Assembly (NCBI RefSeq): GCF_963921235.1
Contig: NC_086109.1
Coordinates: 27,468,001 to 27,532,000 of the forward strand
Direction of reading: 5' to 3'
Length of the DNA stretch: 64,000 nt
From: Mobula hypostoma
Lineage: Eukaryota
The translations under genes were made by a program, and so were the position numbers. Below are positions 1 to 11,997 of the stretch, piece by piece. The notes beneath the pieces were generated by a model that was not told the DNA's origin, made no database searches, and saw nothing but the letters and a program-made list of their open reading frames with translations. Every line of letters begins with the position of its first letter. Within the stretch, counting starts at the first letter, position 1.

Positions 1-911
1 CTTGCAGGCTTCTCCCATCATTTCCTTGGGTGTGCTGGTTGTCATACAAATTAGGCATTTTACTGTTTATTTCAATATACATATGTTAAATAAAATGTGA
101 ATCTGAATCTCAATTGTATAACAACTGAAGAAAGAATGTTATGCAACTGAATTTCAGACAAATATACCTTTCACAGTTTTTTTTACATTGCTTTATTTAA
201 TTTGTTGTGCTCTCAGGACGTTGATCACAAAAGATGGATGATGACCTTTTATAGATGCACTTTAAAAAGAAATCAAGATTAGCACAGATATCCTCATTGG
301 TTTAATGGCATGGCTTATAATGTCTTACTTTTATTGGAGTCATCGCAACACGTCATAATGTCCGATAACACAACTCAGAGGCTAACAGCTATGCTGCAAC
401 TTGTTCTTTGCAATATAGAACAAATACCCAGGTGCACTCCTTCAACCTTCCTGAAGACGGGCTCAGTTAATACCAGACGAGATGAAATTTACTTCAACTC
501 AAGAGGCCCATTATTTTACACTAGGTGAAACCGGTGTTATCAGAGTTGCTATGTTCAAACAATGTAATACAGTATAATGACGCAAAGTAAATTCAAAGTA
601 AAAAGCCCATGCATGAGAGAATGATCTTACTTAATTGTGCAATTTGATGCACCTCCTGACTCTCATCTACACATGTCCTTCACGAAGTACTGTTCTCTTG
701 TTTCCAAGTTCTTGTAAACCTGCACTACTTAACTCATTCCGTTAACCAAACTGCAGAGTCAGATTTTAGCAGAACTGCCAATGTGCATAGGAGAAATGAA
801 CATCAACCTAATTATATAGTAATTATTTAAATGTGAACACTCTAGGATATGCTGTAATCCAGCACAATAGTAATGACGGTGGAACTCTAAACACAAACAG
901 AGTAAATTCAT

Positions 912-1657
912 TCAACACACACAAAATGCTGGTGGAACGCAGCAGGCCAGACAGCATCCATAGGAAGAAGCACAGTTGGCGTTTCGGGCCAAGACCCTTC
1001 GTCAGGACTAACTGAAAGAAGATATAGTAAGAGATTTGAAAGGGGGAGGGGGAGGTGGAGATCCGAAATGATAGGAGAAGACAGGAGGGAGAGGAATAGA
1101 GCTAAGAGCTGGGAAGTTGATTGGCAAAAGGGATACAAGGCTGGAGAAGGGAGAGGATTATGGGATGGGTGGCCTAGGGAGAAAGAAAGGGGGAGGGGAG
1201 TGCCAGAGGAAGATGGAGAGCAGGGGTAAGGGATGGGGTAAGAACAGGAGGAGTGGCATTAATGGAAATTAGAGAAGTCAATGTTCATGCCATGGGGTTG
1301 GAGGCTACCACACAGAATATAAGGTGTTGTTCCTCCAACCTGAGTGTGGCTTCATCTTGATAGTAGAGGAGGCCATGGATAGACATATTAGAATGGGAAT
1401 GGGACGTGGAATTAAAATGGGTTGCTGCTGGGAGATCCTGCTTTCTCTGGCAGACAGAGCATAGGTGTTCAGCGAAACGGTCTCCCAGTCTGCGTCGGGA
1501 CTCACCAATATATAGAAGGCTGCATCGGGAGCACTGGACACAGTATATCACACCAGCCGACTGACAGGTGAAGTGTCGCCTCACCTGGAAGGACTGTCTG
1601 AGGCCCTGAATGGTGGTGAGGGAGGAAGTGTAAGGGCATGTGTAGCACTTGTTCCAC
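912..1657 (-). mobile_element. Penelope-like element 3' fragment (GIY-YIG endonuclease plus pLTR tail)
   Basis: ORF 1285-1704 FTCQSAGVIYCVQCSRCSLLYIGESRRRLGDRFAEH...HFN. Followed by a pyrimidine-rich tail and a hammerhead motif. Confidence 0.9.
973..1010 (-). ncRNA. Minimal type I hammerhead ribozyme motif (cleavage triplet mutated)
   Basis: TAGTC-CTGACGA-AGGGTCTTGGCCC-GAAAC-GCC-AACTG. CUGANGA and GAAA cores are intact, GUC is changed to GCC. Confidence 0.7.
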
Positions 1658-2257
1658 TTATAGTTCAACAATCCACTCCCCCAATTTGATTCTAAATCAT
1701 ACACTTAGAATCATTATACCTGAAAATTCAGAGGCAGAAAAACTTGTGGTATAAAATAGTCAAAGACTTCCTAAATTAGAAAATATCCTAACTTAGATTA
1801 GGATATATATTCGCCAAAGTTTTCATAAGATTATATCATGGTCAGGCAGATTAGGAGGCATACTTACACAAGTTTATGATCACTTTTAAACAAGTAAAAA
1901 AGATATAAATGATAAGGCATATTAATGTGAATAAAGTTACTCATTATACTGAGTAATCCCAGCTTCTGAGACTTAAATGAATCCAGAAAGGAATCCCATT
2001 TGCTTGATGTATTTTAGCTGCTTATTTATGGATATAATCAGTCAAATTAGTTATGTCTTCTGATTCATCTGATAAATAAAACATTCCTTACCTATAACTG
2101 CACGTTTCCCCCTTTGACTGCAAAGACAAGATTGAATGCTCTACGATTTTGAAGAACCATCTTATGCATGACAACTATTTCTGTGGTTACTTTTCCAAAG
2201 GCATCAGCCATGTTATTGCTTACTCTTTTTTTTTGCAGCATATTTTTAATCTCTCTG

Positions 2258-3103
2258 TGTACATACATCTATTGATGCTTCTGGACACATCTTCAGTGAT
2301 GTTCCTGGAATCACCGGGTGTTTCGGATCTTTCAACATCATACAACCTCCTCCAGGTGACCCAGCCGGGGCTGATCCGACCCCAGCTTGTGTCCATATTG
2401 CTAGCTACTTCTGACTCCATGGCTCCCCTCTTTTGAGCCACAGCCATCTTGAGGCCCTCTCTGCCGCATCGGTGGTACTGCGGATGGCTCTCCTCTTCCT
2501 CTCTCCCTCAATGCCCAAAATGCTGAAGGCTCTAACTAAAGAACGGGCTACAAATCCCCTACAATCAACCTCCACGGGGAGACACCTCGCTCTCCATCCA
2601 GCCTGCTGACAATTGCTGACCACTCCTGCATACTTGGAGAGTTTCCTTTCAAAGGCCTCTTCCAAGCTATCTTCCCATGGGACTGTCAGCTCCAGCAGCA
2701 CCACTTGCTTAGTAGACTCAGACACTAGGACAATGTCTGGTCGCAGGGTGGTGGCTGCGATATGGTTGGGGAACTTCAGCTGCCCTGCGAGGTCCACCAA
2801 CAGCTGCCAGTCCCTTGCAGAGGTCAGAATGCCTGCAGATGTTCTTTTGGCACGTATTGGCTGCTCCCCAGCTCTGACAAAGGCAATGGTCTGCTTGGAG
2901 GGTCGGGACTGCTTCGCCCACTCAACTCCTGCACTGACGGCTTCAGTGATGGTCTTCAAGACCTGATCATGCCTCCACCTGTACTGTCCCTCAGCAAGTG
3001 CCCTTGCGCAGCCGCTGAGGATGTGCTCCAGGGTTCCTTGCTTAGAGCACAGTGAACATGCAGATGACTCTGCCTTGCCCCATGTGTGAAAGTTTGATGG
3101 GCT
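2258..3103 (-). mobile_element. 5'-truncated R2-group (HERO-like) non-LTR retrotransposon with restriction-like endonuclease
   Basis: Open ORF with CCHC knuckle (CSLC-x7-H-x4-C), RHD motif, RPDIV...ELTVPWE and KxxKY, ending AERASRWLWLKR. Short 3' UTR with a GC hairpin. Confidence 0.88.
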
Positions 3104-3611
3104 GCAACACCATGTAATAGGAATAAAATTGGTTCCAAACAATCTCCCCCTAAAATATCTTGTTTATATCTAGACTCGGGAGGTAAAGATAAGGTGCATC
3201 CATGCCTCATGGCAGGAAAAACATACCTTAATAACAAAATCCTAACCAATTACATGGAAGAGAGGTGTAAGTATGTATTGTTCCATGAACTTTGATTCAG
3301 ACCAAGACACTACATCAAAGGGGCTATGATGAATTGTAAGATTTCTCTGATTGTCAATGAAAATTCCAGACTCATTACCCCATTTAGGACAATGCAAAGT
3401 ATAATTGCATGAACTATGCTTTACTGGAATGGTGCCTTCTGAAGTTAAGCAAAGGGTAGCTTTTATAGTGAACACATGAAAAATTAGATACAGATATAGA
3501 TGTCACCCAGGATAAGACATGAGTAGGGTCAGATATGATATGATTTTCTAAATCATGCTGATTACATTTACATAAATGATCCAGTTCAAGATGGTATGTG
3601 GGGGTTATGAT

Positions 3612-3616
<5 letters not shown>

Positions 3617-3673
<57 letters not shown>
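3617..3673. repeat. (TA)n(GA)n microsatellite
   Basis: Direct reading. Confidence 0.97.
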
Positions 3674-3674
<1 letters not shown>

Positions 3675-4012
3675 TAAATCCCTTGAGAGTAATGAATCAT
3701 AGGCATAATGTAACATCGCCTTTGTTGGAATGTTTAATAAAGAGGATGCGTGTTTGTTCTGAATCTGGAGGAATGCCGAGCATGAGTGAATATTTTGATG
3801 TGTGTGGTACATATTAATTTACCAAACAGCTAGAGGCATTAACAGCATCAACAAATTCATGAGATATCCGCAAGCATGCATTATGAGACATCTCAGCTGA
3901 TACATTGTGAGTGGTGAAAATTGGCAAAAATATAACAACAACAAATAATATTAGAGTGAACTTCATAATGTCAAGTAGTTGTCGACTTGCTTGATGTCTT
4001 CTGGCTGGTTAC

Positions 4013-5340
4013 TCACTGTAGCCCAGCCACGCAGGCATTGGGTTCAGAGGTTACTCGCACATTAACCATGTGCTCATTGTCTTTGACAGGTACCACTTTA
4101 GCTTGTTTGCCGTGGCTGGCGTGTATCCACTTACTTTTACCTTCTACTTTCACCAGCAAGTTGGTAATTAACAGCACTTGATAGGGACCTTCCCATCGAG
4201 CTGTCAGTGGATCCTTATGTGGTTTCTTAATCAGTGCCCACTTACCAGGAATCAGAGTTTGTCCTTCTTCTGTTGGACCATTCCAAACAGCAGAAACCTT
4301 CTGAGAAGCAGACTGTACAACTAGAGTTAATTTCACACAATAGTTAACTAAACTGTCTCCCATAATGTGCATATCAGCCTCTCTGAGATTGAGGGCTCCC
4401 AGCAGTGACGTAGGACGGCCTGCTCTGGCGCTCCCCAACACCAGAGGAAGAGTTATAAGCCACGGTACATCCTCTTCATGATACTTAGTCAGTCACTGTT
4501 TGATGATTTGTTTTATTCATTCGACTTATCCTGATGCCTCTGGGTGATGTGGACAATGATAGACCATTTAATGTCCATCAGTTGACATAATTCCTGACAA
4601 ATACTCCAGGTGAAATGTGTTCCTTGGTCAGACTTGATGTGACGTAACAATCCCCATCTAGGAATATTGTCCTTGACCAGGGTTTTTGCTGTGTGAGTGG
4701 CAGTGGCTTTTCTTACTGGAATAGCTTCCATCTTGAAAATTTGTCTACTATTACCAGTACGACTGAGTATCCTTGACACTTTGGTAAAGAAATGTAGCCC
4801 ACTTGAAAGTGTGAAGATTGTCCAGGTGGAGCAGGAGCACTTAATTGTGGTAGCTTTTCCCCTGCTCCAGGATTTTTTTTTCTGGCATGTCATGCATCTT
4901 TCAAGAGTTTGTTGAGCTTGTGCCCTGAGCTTGTGGATTCCATCACCATTGGGAGAATCTGTTCATCACCTTTTACAGTCCAATGTGTCCTAGGGAGTGT
5001 GTATGCTGTGCCAGATGATCTTGTATGCTTGTCTGTGATACAGAGTTCAACTTTGTTTCCATAATTCTTGTTGTCAGGTTTACTGCGTACGTTCTTGGTA
5101 CTTCTTTTATTTCTTTTACTCCTTCCCATGCTGCCTTTTCCGCAGTTTCTTCTGTGAATGCACTCCAATGGCTTTCCACTGCAGTCAATTCGAAGTGGCT
5201 TTTACATTGTAACACAACAACTTCTGACAATGGTTGCATAACAACCATAAGTTCTTGTCATAGTTGGCCATTCTTGATTGGAGTTCCTACTGCTGTGAGA
5301 TATCCTGTTTGTCTCCGTAACTTCCAAAATTATGAATGAC
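4013..5340 (-). pseudogene. pol: ERV pol remnant: RNase H C-part and integrase
   Basis: VIHNFG..GYLTAVGTPIKNG..VVVLQCKSH, then HHCC finger (HSLGH...CMTC), catalytic core (IPRWG..IKSDQGTHF) and C-terminal WEGPYQVLL..VKVEGKSKWIHASH. Confidence 0.9.
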
Positions 5341-6180
5341 TTCAAAGATTCAAAGAGCATTTATTATCAAAGTACGTATGCAGAATACAACTCTAAAATT
5401 AGTCTTCTCCACAAATAGTCTGGAAACAAAGAAGAACCATGGATCCAATCTGTTCTAAGAAAAACATCAAACATCAACCCCCCACCCCCAACCCACAAGG
5501 GCAAAAAAATCACGCAAGCGACAACAAAAAAAAAGAGCAAAAACACAGAATGTATAACACAAAATCAAAAGTCATATTTCAGTTCAGCTGAGTGTTCGTT
5601 AGCTGCAGGCTACCCCTATTCAAAAATTGCCCGCAAGTAGTAACATAAAAGAGTGGCCAGAACTGGAACACAACATAAACCTAAATTAGAATCCAAATAT
5701 AGAATCCACGTTGATTAAACTTTGATCTGACACCACCCACCGACAGCATCCAGGGAGAGAGCGAGATCACTCGAACACAAGGACCTTCCCTCGGGAGCAG
5801 AGAGTGAGAGAGCGCCACATGCCGACACCGTCTCAACAAAAGGATGGTAGATGGCGCTGAAGCCTCCTCGATGATGACAATCTTCCTCAGCGCTTTAGTG
5901 AGCGGGATTGGCAAGAGATGAAGTCAATCATAGGCTCATGCCCCCTCCCCATCTCCAGGCTCCCTGACCTCCATGCTACACGCTTTGGTTGCAGCCTCCT
6001 GGAAAACGTTTGGAGTCAGCAAAGCATCAGATTGCCCAATCAGCCTGAAATCACATTGGCAGAATGTAGACAACAGGCACAGGAGCAGGATGTAAAAGAA
6101 GTGAAGTGAATTGCTTCATGAACTGTCTTCAGGACGTCACCATTGGTAGCACTGTTCACTGGCGCCATCTCCTTCCAGCG
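5341..6180 (-). mobile_element. Non-coding retroposon with L2/Rex-type tail, inserted in ERV RNase H
   Basis: Splits DSRYAF|VIHNFG. 5' AGATGGCGCC and 3' tail GATAATAAATG...TTTGAATCTTTGAA. Similar tails at 19857, 28700 and 61800. Confidence 0.65.
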
Positions 6181-6640
6181 CAAAAGCATATCGAGAATCA
6201 TTGTAGATAGTAACTGCTCTTCCTTCTGCCAACTTACAGGCTTCAATCAAAGTTTTTAGGTGTCAGGAGCATTACTTTCTGATGGCAGTATTTCAGTTTC
6301 AGAAGCAACCATTCAACTTCCTCTCTCATTCTTCGAGGAGTTGTCAGAGTACAGCCTTTGGCAGAATAATAATCAACAGGAAGTTGTCAGTCTCCATGCT
6401 CACGAGTTAAGACTGCCATCATGTATTTCTCCTTAGTATACAGGGTAAATGGTGTACCTCTAACAGGGATTCTTTTTGCAAGCGCAGTACACAGGATTGC
6501 CTTTAAAGTTCAAAACACTTTCAGTTGCTTTTCATTAAGAGTCCCAGGGTATTCTGAGCACTGCCTGCCTTGTTGAGTGGTTGAGCAATAGTTGATGACT
6601 CTACCACTAGCTCGCCAATACATTGATTAACAATGGTTTC
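6181..6640 (-). pseudogene. pol: ERV pol remnant: RT thumb/connection and RNase H N-part
   Basis: Manual translation gives IAQPLNK, QLKVF*TLKAILCTA, PFTLYTKEKYMMAVLTREHGD*QLPVDYYSAK and TLIEACKLAEGRAVTIYNDSRYAF (RNase H TDSxYA motif). Confidence 0.8.
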
Positions 6641-7479
6641 ATCTTCAGTCCTGTGTCTTCACTCACTTAGTCTTTATTGGGGCCAGCTGTAACAGAACTG
6701 TCAATCTTATTGTTTCATCACTGTCATCCTCAATTGAGTTCCTAGGGGCAGCTGTAGGAGTCCTTGTCATGTTCATCCTGTAATTCCTTGGAGTTCAGAT
6801 GGTGATGCTGTTTTGGGAGACTGTCCAACCAACACAGGCTGTAATTCTTCGGAGTTCAAATAGAGTCACTGTCTCTGGGGAAAGTTCCGTGGGCTACAAT
6901 TCCTCGAAGTTCAGATGGTGTCGCTGTCTCCAGGAACTGTTCAATGCAGGCAGTGTTTTCCAGGGCAGAGTGCCAGCAGTAGCATCACAGGAAGAGTCAC
7001 CAGCAGGACTACCCCCTGAAGTCAAGGCAGCTCTGTTAAAAATTAACTCAGTCCGCTATGAAACTCCGTACACTGCACTTCAATTTTATCTTTTCTTTTG
7101 TTCATTCAATGCAAAGATGTGCTCTTTAGACTATTTACTGTTTCTACCATGCTGTTTTGCAGATTATCACAAGTTAAAAACTTAATAAAGTCTTGATTTG
7201 TCCCATTAACACTTTCAATCACTTGCACATTAAATCAAACCGACCATGTGGTCTGATCTCTAAATCAGTAGGAGTTTTTCCTTTCCCTTAGACATTTTCT
7301 GGATCTTAATTCTCTTAATATTGTTGGTATATTTCATTAAAACTTTTTCATTAATTTTATCAAGCTGAGATGTTTTATTCAGGTATGAGCTTGTTGTAGG
7401 TGTCACAACTTTGGCCATTGTTTGAATTGAACTTAATTCACACATTTTTTTTATTACTTTGACCACGATCATGAAACTT

Positions 7480-7690
7480 TAATAGATTGTAACCAAATAG
7501 ATTATCCAGCAACGATAATAGATAGTCCCGCAATCAAATAGAGTACATCCAAATAGATTACAATTAAATGGATTTCCCAGCAACCAAAATAGATCATCTA
7601 GTAACTGAATAGATTGTGCAACAAAATAATTTCACTAGGTACCAAAATAGATAATTGTGCGACTGAAATAGATTGTCCTGCAACCAAAAA
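7480..7690. repeat. Degenerate minisatellite, about 20-22 bp unit (gCAACCAAATAGATTGTCC-like)
   Basis: About 10 imperfect copies of AAATAGAT-containing units. Confidence 0.75.
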
Positions 7691-9596
7691 TTTTTACACA
7701 TCTTTTTTTTTAAATAGCCATGCAGTAGTCTTCAATCCTAATTTTTATACAATGGTATTGAACCAGAACTAAGTTTACTCTCAAGCAAATTGGAACAGAG
7801 GGAGTTCTTACTCCCTTTGCTGCATGCTAAAAATTCTACTTTGTCTGCAATTATTCCTTAAACTTTACAAAATATCTTGGCACCTACTACACTAATTGTT
7901 GGATTCTGATGTTTTAATCCAAGTTCCTTCAGAAGTCAGGAAAGGGGCACAAAACTTGTTGCTTCACAATCATTTCATTAAGCGTTAATAGAACATGGAA
8001 AACTTGAAAACGACAGTAACAGGAGCAGAAGCTAATAGCACAAAGCTTAAAGACAAAGAGACATCAACTGAGAATCAAGATGGTGCTAGTTTTATGGTCA
8101 GCTATTTTATACCCATAGATAAGGAAATTACATTCAAATTTTGTAGATAAGAGTCAGCCAATGAGAAAGCTTTTACTGAAGTAATGCAGAAGCAAGAAAA
8201 GCTTCCAGAATCATATCAGTGAACACACTGAATTTGCATTTACACACTGTGACCACTAAGAAGCATAGTATGAAGTTACTTGCATATAAGTAATTATATA
8301 AAATATCAAGAGTTAATTGTTAAACTGTAAAGAAAATAATAATTAAGCAGCCTAAACTAAGAATTAAACCGTCTGATCCAACAGATGCTAGAGCCATGAT
8401 GGAGTTAATGAATGATAACGATAAACTTCTGAATAATAAATTGATGAGATTTTGGTTCAACTCCATAATTAGCTTTATTACAGTGATATTGGATGTATTT
8501 TGGTAATTTAACCTTCATCATTTCCATTTAGGATTCTACTAAGGATTCTAACATTTGAGAAAAGTTAGTAAAAGTGCTAGTGATTAGATAGGGTAGAGAA
8601 TACTTCAAGTGCGTCTTCAGCAGCAGCTTGTGCAACTGCAATGTATTGTAACTTGCCGACCTCTATACTCAGTGCCCTGACTGATGAAGGCCTGTGTGTC
8701 AAAAGCCTTCTTCAGCACCTTAAAGGTGAAAATATAATGGCACAGAAAATTCCCAATATCCAAACAAAGTAAATTATCCATCTATCATTTTTTTAAAAAT
8801 TTCCTGAAGAACACATACCAAATTTAACACAGTAAGGTGTTCTAAAATGATTCACTGATGAAAGTTTATGTCAAGCTCAAGGAGGAGGTAATAGGAAGGA
8901 TGATGAAAAGTCTGTTCAGCATTGGCATGAAGCAGAGGAAGAACAAATGCCAATACGTCTGCTCAGAGGGAACACAAGGACTTACTAACCAAGGACACAG
9001 TTATCAATAATGGGCTGTACAAAGAGAGAGTGGCAGAATCCTTTCCCAGAGCTCCTTGGTTCAGGCAACACCAGAGTTATTTTACACTGCACAATATTTG
9101 ACTACCATAGGACACACCAATAAGCCTTTAATTCCATCCCTATAGTCACCCATATCTTACTAAAATAATCAACGAAACTTAAAAAAATTCTTCCTTGTAC
9201 ACATTTTGTTATTTAATACAAATGGAAACATAATGATAAATATGATTAAGTTAATTGCCAGGAAATATTATACTTTAAAAAGTCACTAAAAATTCACTCC
9301 TTGCTGAAGTGATCACTACCTGAAGCAAGGCTGCAATGAATTTGCCAAGAGTTAATCTGCAAATATGCATTACAAAGATACACACGGCACAGTTCTTGGT
9401 AATCATATTGATGCCCGACACAAAAGCTGCTTCATACCAGATGGTATCCGATCTTTCAAGAGCTCACAAGATGCCAATTACGATGCAGAATGCAGGGTCT
9501 TTTAGCTGAATAACTAATGATTGGAAAATATAATAGTATTCTCGTGGATTAGACTTCTTATGTAACATTATAAATGTGCACTCATCCAAGCCTTAC

Positions 9597-9638
9597 CTGC
9601 CATCCCTGTCCCAGTCATAGACCTCTACCTTGATTGTT
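9597..9638 (-). CDS. CPNE5: Copine (CPNE5-like) 42-nt coding exon, C2B domain
   Basis: ttttctttacag|A ACA ATC AAG GTA GAG GTC TAT GAC TGG GAC AGG GAT GGC AG|gtaagg = (R)TIKVEVYDWDRDG(S). Phase matches (AG+A=Arg). Not in the ORF track. Confidence 0.9.
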
Positions 9639-11997
9639 CTGTAAAGAAAAGAAAGCAATGAATGGATGCTTGATTGCAAATCTGAGGCAAGATCATTATT
9701 CAAGATGATTACCCTAGTACAGTTAATATTCTTTATAGAATTCTGGAGAAAGAAAAAGCTGCCTGAGCTCTGTCAATAAAATTTCTTTCCACTGCCACCA
9801 AAATTGCGATCATTATATTAGATAAATCAGACCTTGTTGGAGTTCATTTAGGAAACAAGTGTGCCCCAGAGATAACCATAAACCCCCCTTGAGTACTGTG
9901 AGCTGGCTGACTTATCCAAGGGCTGTCAAGCCATTGAGATAACTTGACCATCTGAGATAAAATATGATTTTACATACAAGGAAATGAAGAGCATGGCAAT
10001 GTAAATCTTTGGCATTTTGCATTTCAATTAGTTGGGAAAAAACCAACTTTAAATCAGACATTCAACAAATGGATAAAAATCTTCATGGTATAATTATAAG
10101 GAAAGCGAGAATAAAGAGACTTTAAATTGTTTGTGCACATATCTTTGAAGTTAGTTAATAATGCAAATAGTTCCTGAGCTCTATTATATGGATGTAGAGA
10201 GTACAACACTCAGCAAGTTATGATAACACACCAGTTAGTAACACCCCTTTTTCAATATTGTTTCCAGTTCTAGATACCACCTTCAGTCTGTGCGAGGAGT
10301 GGTGCCCCACACAGACTTCCAATCTGCGCCTTGTAAGGCATGAAAATGCCCGATGCAGGCCTCTCACGTTCCCTCCCCTTCAGAAGGGTATAAGGGACAT
10401 GGGCCAGAATGATCCCATAATTCAGCAATTACTTACTTGGATTGTCTGTTGAAACAGGCGGCCTGAGCAAAGAAGTGCGAGATAAGTTTTAACAGAGGCA
10501 TTTGGCGCCAGGGAGATGAAGTAAATATCTGAAGGATCAATGGCCACAGACTTTGGCCCTACTTACGCAGGAAACAGAATTGATATGAAGGAATACTTTG
10601 ATGGCCAGAATCAGAATACTTTGTCTGAAAAAGGTAACTTAATTACATCTTTGAAAAGGGAGCAGGTTAAAAGGTTAAAGAATAGAATTATTGCAAATTC
10701 TGAAAATCAATTGGTCCTGGGGTACTGGTAAAGAATGGTTGAAGCTTCAGTGCCTCCAAGATTTCTGCTGATCTTCAACTGGATTTATGGAAAGTGACTG
10801 GAAGAATGTCTATAAAATTTCCTACACAATGTTCAAAACATTTTAATACAAAGATAGAAGTTCTTAAAATGTGTCCATGAAAAATAGGTTAAATAGGTTG
10901 AGTCTAGTTAGAGAGGCATAGAGCTGTACAGTAGAGAAACAGGCCATTCAGCCCACTATGTCTAAGTTAACCATCCCGCTTTATACATACATTTCTTAAA
11001 CTGTACTTCTTTTCCCTATACTCTTCTAGAAACTCATTTAAAAGCTCTCAAATATATATATCATTAGCAGCAGTGGACTAAGATTAATTCAATGGTTATT
11101 TTTCAGGGTAAGGCCCAATTCTAGCATTGTTATTAAACTTGTGTAAAGGATTGCAGCTTCTGGGCAATTCTTTTTAAAATTCACAAACTTTTAGTCAGCT
11201 TGAAAACAAACATCCATAAAAACAAACAGCCCGACTTTGCTGATCGTCCATGTTTATTATTTTTAAGGAGAAGGTACAAGGATAGTGGTTTGCCCATTTG
11301 CAAGAAAATTGAAAAATAAATGGAAAGATGTATGTGTGATAATAAATCATAGAGCTCCATTTTTACTTCCATTCAATTATTTCTGGGCATCTAGGGTGTC
11401 AATCACATCGGAAGAAATAGCATGCAAAGTAACAGTGGAAATTTGTTTGCTGTACATGACTGGCACTTTCACTACTTTGAGAACAGGAAATAATCATGAA
11501 TCAAAAATTATAATTTCAACATGCAAAATGACATTTTATATCTGTAGCAATCTGTTTTATTCCAGAATATAGCATAGTTCATAAACTAAAGAAACTAAAA
11601 AGCATGCACAACCACTTCCAAACTGAAACCCTATGCTTATATGCGGGTAAGTTATATGATCTTGCTTGTGTTTGCAACAGCCACAACATGAATTCAGGGA
11701 CTTTGTAATACCCTTGACCTATAGTAACCTTTTACTTTAAATCCTCATCCCCTCACGTTTCTAATCATCGATCAAATTTGAACCTATATTCATAATTTTC
11801 ACTTTCTTGATTCTTTCACTTTTCATTGCTCCAGCTCAGTGAAGTATTGCAATTTAATTTTCTGCATTGTGTGGGAACACTGAATTGTAGTAGAATGGAC
11901 ACACCAATCTACACATACAAGGGCTCCAATAGAAAATGAAGTGAAATGGCCAGGAAATATATGGATAAAATGCAGTCAAATCAGCAGAATTCCTTAG

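Larger units (their letters stand above)
115..1687 (-). promoter_or_regulatory. Probable ERV polypurine tract and 3' LTR (split by a Penelope fragment)
   Basis: Minus strand AAATTGGGGAGTGGAT|TGTTGAAC at 1687-1663 downstream of env. Further on, CCAAT (296-300), TATAAAA (247-253) and AATAAA (192-197) occur in U3-R order. Confidence 0.45.
1851..3966 (-). pseudogene. env: ERV env remnant (gamma-type), split by a microsatellite and a HERO insertion
   Basis: ATG at 3966 opens MKFTLILFVVVIFLPIF (signal peptide). Then NASSCLVN*YVPH (decayed CWVC-like motif), RYKQ..LHGVAA (furin/fusion-like), MVLQNRRAFNLVFAVKGG..AVIGKEC (ISD plus decayed CX6CC, 2160 to about 2080) and TM helix VTLFTLICLIIYIFFTCL. Stop at 1851-1853. 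Confidence 0.8.
115..6640 (-). mobile_element. Degenerate class I (gamma/epsilon-like) endogenous retrovirus, 3' half (pol-env-LTR), interrupted by later insertions
   Basis: Collinear minus-strand RT connection, RNase H, integrase, env, PPT-like tract and LTR-like signals, with stops and frameshifts. Left boundary is uncertain. Confidence 0.85.

Noticed and set aside
7480..7690. CRISPR-like periodic repeat
   Set aside because: Eukaryotic context, degenerate tandem units without unique spacers, no cas genes.
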